This document shows, piece after piece, positions 25,951-34,883 of a stretch of DNA of 34,921 bases. The DNA is from Candidatus Latescibacterota bacterium (GTDB taxonomy: Bacteria; Latescibacterota; UBA2968): the NCBI GenBank assembly GCA_038279365.1, contig JAYODI010000066.1, positions 1-34,921 of the forward strand, read 5' to 3'. Numbering within the stretch: the stretch's first letter is position 1; every line of letters starts with the position of its first letter. The notes beneath the pieces are model-generated. The model did no database searches. It saw nothing but the letters and a program-made list of their open reading frames with translations, and was not told the origin of the DNA. The translations under genes were made by a program, and so were the position numbers.

Positions 25951-26957
25951 ACGATGTCGGTAAGATTGTAAATGCAGATCGCACAGTGCCATTTGCCAAA
26001 ACGATTTCTCGATTTGGTGAAGCCCTCAAAAAAAAGAGTCGATTTTGTACGCGGGCACGCCATTTTTACAATACGATTTGGATTGCCGATTGTTATACAG
26101 ACTATGTTCAAGCTGCTTTGTTTCGAAAATATGAAGGCCCATTAAGAGAAGGTATTGCCTTGCGCACAATGGGTAAGGGGCTTTCTAAGTCTCAGGTGTT
26201 GGCCGGTGCGATGGCCGAAGCTGTGGAGCGCATTTCTTTTTTTGATGCGCTGGCGACTGGGCGCCATACTCCCATTTATGAGCTGACACCCGATGTGGAA
26301 TTGGTTCCTACACAGTTAAAAGCATCAGAAATACCTCATCTCAATGATTCTGCCAACGGTGTTTCGGCGGGTAATACAGTTTTGGAGTGTGTGTTTCATG
26401 GTTTGTTGGAGATGCACGAACATTTGGATGTGGGATTGCATTTCCCGTTTCCAGGGTTGGCACATCGGCAGTTTATCGACCCCACTCTGACGGGGTTTGC
26501 GCCTCATGTTGCCAAGCGCATGTTGGCCGTGGCCGCACCGGGAGAAAATGAAAAAGTGACCACTGTTCATGCGGTGGTTTGCCCAAAAGATTTGGGTCCT
26601 TTGGTGCGCACCTGCACACACTTAGATGGGCGCATTGCCTTACAACGTGCTTTTAATGAGACAGTGCAAAGTCACAAAACCCGATATGCATCTGATTTAC
26701 AAATGTTTGGCCCAGAAATTTCTCTGTGGGATTTGCCCAATCATTTTACTGATGACTTGAAAAAGGACATCCAAGTGGTTTTAAGTGGCATGAAAGAACC
26801 TGTTTATGTTCAAGATTGGACCGATCCTGATATGCAAATTCCCGTATTTCGCCCATTTAGCTCCAAAACGGTTGCTCAAAAAAGAGACCATGTTGTGATT
26901 GAAACTTATGTACAACGCATTATGGCGGAGGCCGAAAATTATATTGTCTGGGAGTAG
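25947..26957 (+). CDS. YcaO-family ATP-dependent backbone amide-activating enzyme (compact, 336 aa)
   Basis: MGKGLSKSQVLAGAMAEAVER, SANGVSAGNTVLECVFHGLLEMHEH, ALQRAFNETVQS and DWTDPDMQIPVFRP match the YcaO motifs in order. Confidence 0.85.
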   Translation: MNDVGKIVNADRTVPFAKTISRFGEALKKKSRFCTRARHFYNTIWIADCYTDYVQAALFRKYEGPLREGIALRTMGKGLSKSQVLAGAMAEAVERISFFDALATGRHTPIYELTPDVELVPTQLKASEIPHLNDSANGVSAGNTVLECVFHGLLEMHEHLDVGLHFPFPGLAHRQFIDPTLTGFAPHVAKRMLAVAAPGENEKVTTVHAVVCPKDLGPLVRTCTHLDGRIALQRAFNETVQSHKTRYASDLQMFGPEISLWDLPNHFTDDLKKDIQVVLSGMKEPVYVQDWTDPDMQIPVFRPFSSKTVAQKRDHVVIETYVQRIMAEAENYIVWE

Positions 26958-27016
26958 TTCATTTTAACCAAGGTGTTGTGGTGTGGTGCCGGGGATATCA
27001 AGAGGAGGGCTTGATC

Positions 27017-27871
27017 ATGCCGGAACTAAGACGTCTGTGGTTTGGTGGATGTGTGATGGTGTTGGTTGCTTGCGGGCAAGTAGAAAAAACAACAGGTCCA
27101 GATATTGTGATTGAAGAGTCAACGATCACAACACCTGCGGGAAGTGAACATATTCAAGTTTTTGTGCCAGGGGGTGCATTTGAAATGGGTAACCCCGATG
27201 GACCTGATAATGAGCGTCCATTACACGAAGTGGCATTGGATGCATTTTATATTGATAAATACGAGGTGACCAATGCACAATATTTGGCCTATGCGGAAGT
27301 CACGGGTGTTGGAAAACCTCAGTTTATTCGCGAAAAAGCGTTTAATCAACCCGATCAACCTGTTGTGGGCATTCTTTGGAGTCAGGCGCGTGATTATTGT
27401 GATTGGGCAGGTTTGAAATTGCCATCCGAAGCGCAGTGGGAAAAGGCCGCCAGTGGAACCGATGGGCGTATTTACCCTTGGGGGAATGAGGCTACGGTAA
27501 CCCAACAGGGCAACTTTAATTTTAGCTCAGGACCAACGGCGGTGGGGAGTTTTCCTGAAGGTGCAAGCCCTTATGGGGCACACGATATGGCGGGCAATGT
27601 GTGGGAGTGGACGTTGGATGAATATGAACATACTTATTATAGCCATAGCCCTGTAACCAATCCCATCAATTTGAAAAATTCGGGCCTGAATGATGGGCCA
27701 GATCGCACATTGCGCGGTGGGGGATGGTTTTCATCATTGCAAAATGTACGTGTGTCCGTACGCAGTTCCATTTATTTAATGGATGCACAATACGAGCAAA
27801 ACCCAGATATGGACAATGTCTTGATGTTTGCACGCATTGGCTTTCGTTGTGTGAGAAATATTTCGAATTGA
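27017..27871 (+). CDS. FGE-sulfatase (SUMF1/EgtB/PvdO-type) domain lipoprotein
   Basis: Lipobox LVAC; PGGAFEMG, NERPLHEV, YEVTNAQY, LPSEAQWEKAA, DMAGNVWEW, RGGGW, IGFRC. GAGGAGG RBS before ATG 27017. Confidence 0.9.
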   Translation: MPELRRLWFGGCVMVLVACGQVEKTTGPDIVIEESTITTPAGSEHIQVFVPGGAFEMGNPDGPDNERPLHEVALDAFYIDKYEVTNAQYLAYAEVTGVGKPQFIREKAFNQPDQPVVGILWSQARDYCDWAGLKLPSEAQWEKAASGTDGRIYPWGNEATVTQQGNFNFSSGPTAVGSFPEGASPYGAHDMAGNVWEWTLDEYEHTYYSHSPVTNPINLKNSGLNDGPDRTLRGGGWFSSLQNVRVSVRSSIYLMDAQYEQNPDMDNVLMFARIGFRCVRNISN

Positions 27872-27877
27872 GGCCCA

Positions 27878-30184
27878 ATGTTTTCTAATAATGTGCGCCT
27901 GCTATTGGCGTTGGTGACCGTTGCTCTTGCCGGGGCAGCGGTCTACCTATATGTGTCATTACAAGCACCTGATGTGGCTGAGGTGAGTCAAAAAGAAAAT
28001 ACCCATGTTTTGGCATCTGAAGGGTATGCGGGTGCGGAAAGCTGTCGAGAATGTCACCAGTCGGATTTTTCAGTTTGGGAAAAATCGGCTCATGCTCATG
28101 CGATGGCCATTGCATCGCCAAACACGGTGCAGGGTGATTTTTTGCGTGATACCACACATACATTTGACGGACAATCATATCGCATGTTTGTGCGTGGTGA
28201 TCGATATTTTATAGAAGCCCCCAATAAAGACGGTATACCTGAGGTATTTGATGTCGATTATGTTTTGGGGGCACGCCAACACGAAAACTATTTGACGCGT
28301 TTTGCCGATGGCCGTATGCAAATGTTGCCTGTTTATTATGATCTTAATCAGAAACGGTGGTTTGATTCGGCAGAGGGCACATTGGAGTTGGGTAAGGCGT
28401 TGCATTCTGGAGATTATTATTTTTGGGCCAATCATGGGCGCACGTGGAACAAACGGTGTTTTGATTGCCATGCTTCACAAATGCGAAAGAACTACGATTT
28501 AAACACCGATACATATGATACGGTTGTTGGCGATTTGAGCATTAATTGTGAAGCATGTCATGGTCCAGGTGCAGCACATATTCAATTTTGGCGTGATGCC
28601 GGCCAAGATCCCAATTTGGCAGCACAAGGTGATCGCTCTTTACCCGATTTGAGTGCTTTAAGTGCCAAGCAACAAGTTGAAAATTGCGCACAATGTCATG
28701 CGCTTAAGGCGGTGTTGCGGTCTGGATATACACCGGGTGCTGATTATCAAAATTTTTACGAGCCATTTCTCATTGATTCACCCGAGTTTTTTTGGCCCGA
28801 TGGGCTGTCTAAAAAGTTGGCGTATCCGTATTTACAGTTTGCAAGCAGTGGTTGTTTTTTAAAGGCGGGGCTTACGTGTAATGGATGCCATGCCACACAT
28901 GGCAGTGATTTGAAGGCCGAGTTGGTAGCCGACCCGGGTGGGGTGGGGTTGTGCGCACGCTGTCATCCTGAAGTGGCGGCCAATGTGAATGCACACACGC
29001 ATCACAAACCCACAGGCCCTGGGGGCAATTGCAATGTGTGTCATTTGCCCAAGCAATTTCGCAATCAGTTGGATATGACCGATCACCGCATTACTGTGCC
29101 TGTGCCAGAAAATACGGTGAAGTTAAATATTCCCAATGCGTGTAATCAAAGTGGGTGTCATGTGGATCAATCGGCACAATGGGCATCTGATTGGGCGCGT
29201 ACTTGGTATGGTGATTATCAACAAGATCGGGTGGCAAGGGCAGATGCCATTCATCGTGGTCGTGAAGGCGATGTGTCTGCTGTTCCTGCATTGTTGGCGA
29301 TGCTACAAGCTGAAGAGACTGCACCGCTTTTACGCGCTGGTTTGGTAGAAATTTTGGGCAAATTGGGTGATCGGCGTGCATTGCCACAGCTTGTTGTGGC
29401 CCTTGAAGACAGTCATTCGGCTGTGCGTGCACAGTCATCGGCGGCGTTGGGGCGTGTCGGACATCCGTTGGCCATACGCCCATTGGTGAAGGCATTGTCT
29501 GATAGTGTTTTTTCTGTGCGTATTCGTGCGGCATATGCATTGGCACTGTTGGATTATGTGCCTCAAGAGACACATAAAAAGATCTATGAAGATGCACTTG
29601 ATGCATTCGTTTCGGTTGTGACAGGCAAGGGCATGATGGCAGATGACGCCCATATGCATTTGAATGTGGGGCAAATTTACGAGTTTCGAAAAAGCTTTGA
29701 TACAGCCTTAGAACACTACAGGCATGCATTGGGTTTTTTGCCGGGGTTGGTAGAGGCTCAAAATCGAACCCAGCGCTTGTTAGAAGCCGAAGCGCGGTAT
29801 CAAAAATTGGTATCGTTGGTGAGCCCTGTGGTAGAACGCGATGTTCGTGCACAAGTGGCACTGGGTTTGGCTTATGTGCACAGAGGAAAAACAAAGGAAG
29901 GGATTGTTTTGCTCAATCAGGCGATATCGGCAGGGGTGCGTTCTGATATTGTTGAAACAGGTTTGGGCGATGCCTATCGTTGGTTGGGTCAGTTTGATCA
30001 GGCACAACAACATTATGAACAAGCATTGCAACTGATGGATACCACACCGGGAGCGCATCGGGGTATGGCTTTGTTGATGTATGCACGTGGTGAAGATGAA
30101 CGTGGAGGAACCCATTGGTTGCATTTTGAAAAAGCTCAACAGGGCGGAGAGGCGCGGGTGCGGGAATTGATGGGAGAAAATTAA
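27878..30184 (+). CDS. Multihaem cytochrome c (7 CxxCH + 1 CX4CH) with HEAT and TPR repeats
   Basis: N-terminal signal/anchor; CRECH, CFDCH, CEACH, CAQCH, CNGCH, CARCH, CNVCH, CNQSGCH; HEAT-like VRAQSSAALGRVG; TPRs at the C-terminus. Confidence 0.9.
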   Translation: MFSNNVRLLLALVTVALAGAAVYLYVSLQAPDVAEVSQKENTHVLASEGYAGAESCRECHQSDFSVWEKSAHAHAMAIASPNTVQGDFLRDTTHTFDGQSYRMFVRGDRYFIEAPNKDGIPEVFDVDYVLGARQHENYLTRFADGRMQMLPVYYDLNQKRWFDSAEGTLELGKALHSGDYYFWANHGRTWNKRCFDCHASQMRKNYDLNTDTYDTVVGDLSINCEACHGPGAAHIQFWRDAGQDPNLAAQGDRSLPDLSALSAKQQVENCAQCHALKAVLRSGYTPGADYQNFYEPFLIDSPEFFWPDGLSKKLAYPYLQFASSGCFLKAGLTCNGCHATHGSDLKAELVADPGGVGLCARCHPEVAANVNAHTHHKPTGPGGNCNVCHLPKQFRNQLDMTDHRITVPVPENTVKLNIPNACNQSGCHVDQSAQWASDWARTWYGDYQQDRVARADAIHRGREGDVSAVPALLAMLQAEETAPLLRAGLVEILGKLGDRRALPQLVVALEDSHSAVRAQSSAALGRVGHPLAIRPLVKALSDSVFSVRIRAAYALALLDYVPQETHKKIYEDALDAFVSVVTGKGMMADDAHMHLNVGQIYEFRKSFDTALEHYRHALGFLPGLVEAQNRTQRLLEAEARYQKLVSLVSPVVERDVRAQVALGLAYVHRGKTKEGIVLLNQAISAGVRSDIVETGLGDAYRWLGQFDQAQQHYEQALQLMDTTPGAHRGMALLMYARGEDERGGTHWLHFEKAQQGGEARVRELMGEN

Positions 30185-30186
30185 AC

Positions 30187-33009
30187 GTGGATAAACGTGA
30201 GATGGCAAAAGGCAAATGGCAAATCTGGTGCTGCTGTTATATCCGTGGGTGCTTTCGGAGCTTATTGGGTTTGGGGTTTTTGTTGGCTTGTTTCTTAACC
30301 TTGATCGGTTGTGGTGCCAAGTCCGATGTGCCCGATTTGGTACGGGCATCAGAGCCAGGGTTTACGGGTGTGGAACGGTGTGCCGAATGTCATACCAATA
30401 ACTTTGCCGAGTGGAAACGCAGTTTGCATGGTTTGGCCATGACGGTGCCCACCGATTCTACTGTGGTGGGCGATTTTAATAATGCCTCACATAGCTATGG
30501 GGGTGTGACCAGTAAAATGTATCGGCGCGATGGTAAGTTTTATATGCAAACACCCGATGCCGATGGGCAAGTGAGAGAATTTCAGGTAGACTATACCATT
30601 GGTATGCGACAACACCAAGCCTATGTCACACGGTTTCCCGATGGGCGTTATCAGGTCTTGCCATTGTATCATGATGGGGCCACAAACGCTTGGGTAGATG
30701 CCCAAGAGGGTGGGGTGGTTGCCCAACATCATCCTTTAAAAAAGGATGATTATTACTACTGGACCAATGCAGGCAGAACGTGGAATTTTCACTGTTTTGA
30801 TTGTCATGCCAGCCGTGTTCAAAAGCATTATGATGTGGATTCGGATACATATCGCAGTTCGGTAGGCAACTTGGCCATTGATTGTGAAGCCTGTCATGGC
30901 CCCTCGGCCAAACACGACGAAACGCGTGGGCAACCTGGGGCACCGATGCATCAATTGGCTTTGCGGTTGTTAGATAAAGAACATGCTGTTGAAGTGTGCA
31001 CGCAATGCCATGCTGCCAAAGAAATATTGGCTGAAGGATATTTACCAGGTGAAAATTATTATGACCATTATCAACTGATATTACCCGATGATAAACGTTT
31101 TTTCTACCCCGATGGCCAGCCTCGGGTTTATATCTATCCGGGGGCATTGCATTTGATGAGTCCGTGTTTTGTGAATGATGATTTGCGTTGTACGACTTGT
31201 CATGATTCACATGGTTCCAAATTGGGTGTAGACTTGGTGGCCAATCGGGAAGGCGTGGGGTTGTGTGAGAAATGCCATGTGGATATTACAGAAAATCCTG
31301 TGGCACATGGGCACCATAAACCGGGTAGCAAAGGCAACCAATGTGTGCAATGCCACATGCCTTATCATTATGTAACGGGTGAAAATTTAACAGATCACCG
31401 CATTGTTTCACCGGTTCCCGAAAATACGGTTGTCAATGGGGTACCCAACTCTTGCAATCAAAGTGGTTGTCATGCAGATCAATCGGCGCAATGGGCCTCG
31501 TTGTGGGCATCAAAATGGTATGGCAATTATCAAGAGGATGAGGTGAAACGCACCACGGCGATTGCTTTGGCGCAAAAAGGCGATAAGCGTGCCGTAAACG
31601 ATTTGGTCGATATGCTAAAAGATGGCAGTTCGGTGTGGCGAGCCACTGCTGCGGGGTTGTTGGGTGGTTTGGGTGATGTGCGTGTGGTTCCACATTTGAT
31701 TCAAGCTATGGCAGATGATCATGCGATGGTGCGTATGAAGGCGACGGTTTCTTTGGGCCGTTTGGGTGATGTGCGCGCCCTGCCGTCGCTGATTTTGGCA
31801 TTGTCTGACTCTGCGCGATTGATACGGATTCAAGCCCCTTTTGCATTGATGGATTTGGGATATCTTGATCAAACGAGTGATGCTTTCCAAAAAGCTTTGG
31901 CCGAACACCGTGAGGTGGTGGCCAGTGTACAAAGTGATGATCCGGGCTATCACGAAAGTTTGGGGCAAGTCTATGAGCGACAGGGTCAATTTGATGCGGC
32001 ACAACGCGAGTTTCAAATTGTGGCAAAGTTAGATCCAAATCACCCTGAAACAATGAAAGATTTGGCCCGATTAAAAAAAGAGCACGATCTATTTGCTCAG
32101 ATGAAACTACACTTTGCCAAAGATGGGTTGGCTCTGTTGCAGGCTGTTGCTTTTTTGAAATATGGCCATTATGAAGAAGCACTTAAAATTTTAGAAAAAC
32201 AGTCGGGCACATCGGCTATTTTTTGGACCATATTGGGAAATGCACATTGGGGGATGGGCCACCGCAACAAGGCATTGGATGCTTATTTGCGAGCAATAGA
32301 TGTCGAGCCAACGTTTCGACCTGCAGTGAAACGGTTGGTGCAAATGGCTTTTTCTGAACCTCAGGTAAGTGGAGGAGATGATGTGTACGATGTGTTGTCG
32401 GCGAAACAATGGGTAGAGCAAGCGATTGTGGCTGTGCGTCAAAAAGATTGGAAAAATGCACGGCTGTATTTTGGCGCGGCATTAGATGGCGAAGCAGAAG
32501 GTGATACATCATTTGGTTTGGGAGATGCGGCTTTTTCATCCATTAGGGTTTTGTCAGACTCTTTGTTTGCGGCTGGTGGTACGGCTTATGAACAGGGTGA
32601 TTTAGATGCTGCAGTGTCGGCCTATATGCAGGTTATAAAAGTGGATTCGGAACGAACGGATGCTTATACTTTGTTGGGTTTGATTCGGGCCGATCAAGGT
32701 GCGTCTTCACACGCCAAACAATATCTTTTTGATGCATTAATGGTAGATGTGGCTTATGTACCTGCATTGTCTATTTTGGGTAGTGTGTTTCAAGAAGGTC
32801 AAAATTTAGATACGGCATTGGCTTTGTATCGGCAAGCTTGGGCTTTGGAGCCTACAGCATCTGGGGTGGAGTTGTTTATGGGGCAGGTTTATTTGATGCA
32901 AGGCAATCGAGACAGTGCGCGTGTGGTGCTGTCACGTGTGGTTCAGCGTGAGCCTAATAATTCGCAAGCACGAGAACTTTTGAATGAAGCTGGAGGTCAG
33001 GAGCTGTGA
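30187..33009 (+). CDS. Paralogous multihaem cytochrome c (7 CxxCH + 1 CX4CH) lipoprotein with HEAT and extended TPR repeats
   Basis: Lipobox LIGC; CAECH, CFDCH, CEACH, CTQCH, CTTCH, CEKCH, CVQCH, CNQSGCH; colinear with the upstream gene. Exact start uncertain (30187 or 30202). Confidence 0.9.
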   Translation: MDKREMAKGKWQIWCCCYIRGCFRSLLGLGFLLACFLTLIGCGAKSDVPDLVRASEPGFTGVERCAECHTNNFAEWKRSLHGLAMTVPTDSTVVGDFNNASHSYGGVTSKMYRRDGKFYMQTPDADGQVREFQVDYTIGMRQHQAYVTRFPDGRYQVLPLYHDGATNAWVDAQEGGVVAQHHPLKKDDYYYWTNAGRTWNFHCFDCHASRVQKHYDVDSDTYRSSVGNLAIDCEACHGPSAKHDETRGQPGAPMHQLALRLLDKEHAVEVCTQCHAAKEILAEGYLPGENYYDHYQLILPDDKRFFYPDGQPRVYIYPGALHLMSPCFVNDDLRCTTCHDSHGSKLGVDLVANREGVGLCEKCHVDITENPVAHGHHKPGSKGNQCVQCHMPYHYVTGENLTDHRIVSPVPENTVVNGVPNSCNQSGCHADQSAQWASLWASKWYGNYQEDEVKRTTAIALAQKGDKRAVNDLVDMLKDGSSVWRATAAGLLGGLGDVRVVPHLIQAMADDHAMVRMKATVSLGRLGDVRALPSLILALSDSARLIRIQAPFALMDLGYLDQTSDAFQKALAEHREVVASVQSDDPGYHESLGQVYERQGQFDAAQREFQIVAKLDPNHPETMKDLARLKKEHDLFAQMKLHFAKDGLALLQAVAFLKYGHYEEALKILEKQSGTSAIFWTILGNAHWGMGHRNKALDAYLRAIDVEPTFRPAVKRLVQMAFSEPQVSGGDDVYDVLSAKQWVEQAIVAVRQKDWKNARLYFGAALDGEAEGDTSFGLGDAAFSSIRVLSDSLFAAGGTAYEQGDLDAAVSAYMQVIKVDSERTDAYTLLGLIRADQGASSHAKQYLFDALMVDVAYVPALSILGSVFQEGQNLDTALALYRQAWALEPTASGVELFMGQVYLMQGNRDSARVVLSRVVQREPNNSQARELLNEAGGQEL

Positions 33010-34226
33010 TGGGGGCTATGCGGTTTATGCGATATGCGGGTGTTGGGGTATTGATTTTAATTGTTGCCTTTGGGGCATTTTGGTTGCTGCATCCAACGGG
33101 TGGTGTGGTGGTAAAAAGGCTTGCGGAACGACCAGCCTTTTTGTGGCGTATCAGTGGTGAAAAATCTTGTGAAGGATGCCATTTGAAAATTGATCCAGGC
33201 ATGGACAAACAATGGCGTGAAAGTGTGCATTATCGCGTGAATGTTGGATGTGCAGATTGTCATGGCAGCGATCATGAAGCTGTCTTTGCAGACAAGGGGA
33301 AGGTTTCGGCTGGGGTGTGTGGCAAGTGTCATGAAAAAGAAGTCACTGCTTTTGCAAAGAGTGGTCATGCCGATGCTGAGGTGGCCATTCTTTCGGATGC
33401 ACGATTTTTGGCTCAATCGGCAGCCATGCAAGAAGAAGGGTGTGTGGGGTGCCATAAATTGGGCGCGCGTTTTGCCGATGGCAGTGTGGGCGGATGTAAT
33501 GCGTGCCATCCTGGGCATGAATTTAGCTCGGCTATGGCTCGCGAACCCGAAGCATGCCAAGTGTGCCACGGTGGACCCGATCACCCTGTGATGGAAGCAT
33601 ATAAAACAAGTGTGCATGGGGTGTTGTATTATCACGATAGAGATCCTGAAAAATCGCCCAGCTGTGTGACGTGTCATATGCCCAATGGTGAGCATGGTCA
33701 TGTGGCAAATATTGGTTTGGGTGCTGTATTTACGGGCGCAGTATTGGAAGATGAATATTTACCTCATTTGGCCATGAAACGACTGAGCAAAGAAACCTTT
33801 GAGGCCAATCGCAAAGAGATGCTCAATGCTTGTGCGCCATGTCATTCTGCACGTTTTGCACGTGAGAGTTTGGAACGTGCCGATGCCATCAAACGCGAGG
33901 CCGATGCCATTGTGGCCGAAGGGTATACGATTATCAAATCGCTTTATGATGAAAAAGCTTTAGATCCCATGCCAGAAAATCGTCCAGCAAATCCTGTGGT
34001 TGGGCATGTGCTTGAATTGGGTGGGCAACAATTGTATGAAAACACCTCAGAAATTGAACAAGCATTTTTTAGATTGTTTAAGTTTTATCATGCAACCACA
34101 TTTAAAGCGGCCTATCATCATTCACCCGACTACACACATTGGGAAGGCATTGTGCCAATGAAGATGGAGATTGATAAGATACGGTCAGAAGCCAAACGGT
34201 TGCGTTTGATGGCAAAAATAAAATAA
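33006..34226 (+). CDS. Octahaem cytochrome c of the hydroxylamine oxidoreductase (HAO) family
   Basis: Eight CxxCH (CEGCH, CADCH, CGKCH, CVGCH, CNACH, CQVCH, CVTCH, CAPCH); HAO-type HEFS..AREPEACQVCHGGPDHP, YKTSVHG, HHSPDYTHWEG; N-terminal TM anchor. Confidence 0.87.
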   Translation: MMGAMRFMRYAGVGVLILIVAFGAFWLLHPTGGVVVKRLAERPAFLWRISGEKSCEGCHLKIDPGMDKQWRESVHYRVNVGCADCHGSDHEAVFADKGKVSAGVCGKCHEKEVTAFAKSGHADAEVAILSDARFLAQSAAMQEEGCVGCHKLGARFADGSVGGCNACHPGHEFSSAMAREPEACQVCHGGPDHPVMEAYKTSVHGVLYYHDRDPEKSPSCVTCHMPNGEHGHVANIGLGAVFTGAVLEDEYLPHLAMKRLSKETFEANRKEMLNACAPCHSARFARESLERADAIKREADAIVAEGYTIIKSLYDEKALDPMPENRPANPVVGHVLELGGQQLYENTSEIEQAFFRLFKFYHATTFKAAYHHSPDYTHWEGIVPMKMEIDKIRSEAKRLRLMAKIK

Positions 34227-34543
34227 ACGGATCATTAATTTTTAATATTGAAATACGCATATAGAAAACTCCAAAACGCCTGTCTATTGTCATTGTACTT
34301 TGAATAAATGTCAGTGATATGTATGAAATTAAAATCGAGATTTTTTTTACATTTTTTTATTAAACAACATTTTATGCCTAAATAAGGGTTTGAAGAATTT
34401 AAAAAAACATCGCTTGTAATTAGCCAGTCTAATGTGTGTTGTTATGTTTCGCAAAAAAGGTGTTGCATGGTGTTTTTCTTTTCCTTATCTTAAAAAAGAT
34501 GTGGCTCAGTGTGTTTATGATAAAAATAATAGATACACTGTAA

Positions 34544-34752
34544 GCCCTCCGAAGTTGTTAGTTCCGTCCCCGCCAAGGACCCATTATTTATTATTGTTTT
34601 ATTTAAAATTCAAACATATGCTTCAGAAAGTGGTTGTTTGTCGTTTCTAAATGTAGACCTGTTAAGTTTTTTGCTTTAAATGTACTGGTAGGCTTTTGCT
34701 GCATTTTTGTATGTGCCTTCCGAAGTTGTTAGTTCCGTCCCCGCCAAGGACC
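34544..34752 (+). repeat. Tandem 38 bp direct repeat (two copies, 171 bp period) in a long non-coding leader
   Basis: GCCYTCCGAAGTTGTTAGTTCCGTCCCCGCCAAGGACC at 34544-34581 and 34715-34752, one mismatch; 34 bp core identical. Confidence 0.95.
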
Positions 34753-34883
34753 TCAAATTAAATAACGAACAATATCTCATCTGTTTAAAAGGAGAATGTC
34801 ATTAGGTTTTAAATATTTATCAAGGAGGTGCCTGGAGAAATAACTTGAGAGCGGTTTTTGAAGTGTGTTTCCGAAAGTCGTCA

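Noticed and set aside
27017-27871. Formylglycine-generating enzyme maturing the three sulfatases
   Set aside because: Lacks the catalytic Cys pair after RGG (reads RGGGWFSSLQNVR) and is a predicted lipoprotein, whereas the sulfatases look cytoplasmic.
33006-34226. Evidence for nitrification or anammox
   Set aside because: No amo, cycA/cycB or hzs genes nearby; HAO-family proteins are widespread in other metabolisms.
34544-34752. CRISPR array or tRNA 3' end/att site
   Set aside because: Only two repeats with a 133 bp gap, too long for a spacer, and no cas genes in view. CCCCGCCA resembles a tRNA end but there is no T-loop (GTTCRA) or cloverleaf.
34796-34843. 15 aa leader peptide MSLGFKYLSRRCLEK
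   Set aside because: The AAGGAG lies only 1 nt from the ATG, too close for a functional SD, and nothing else supports translation.
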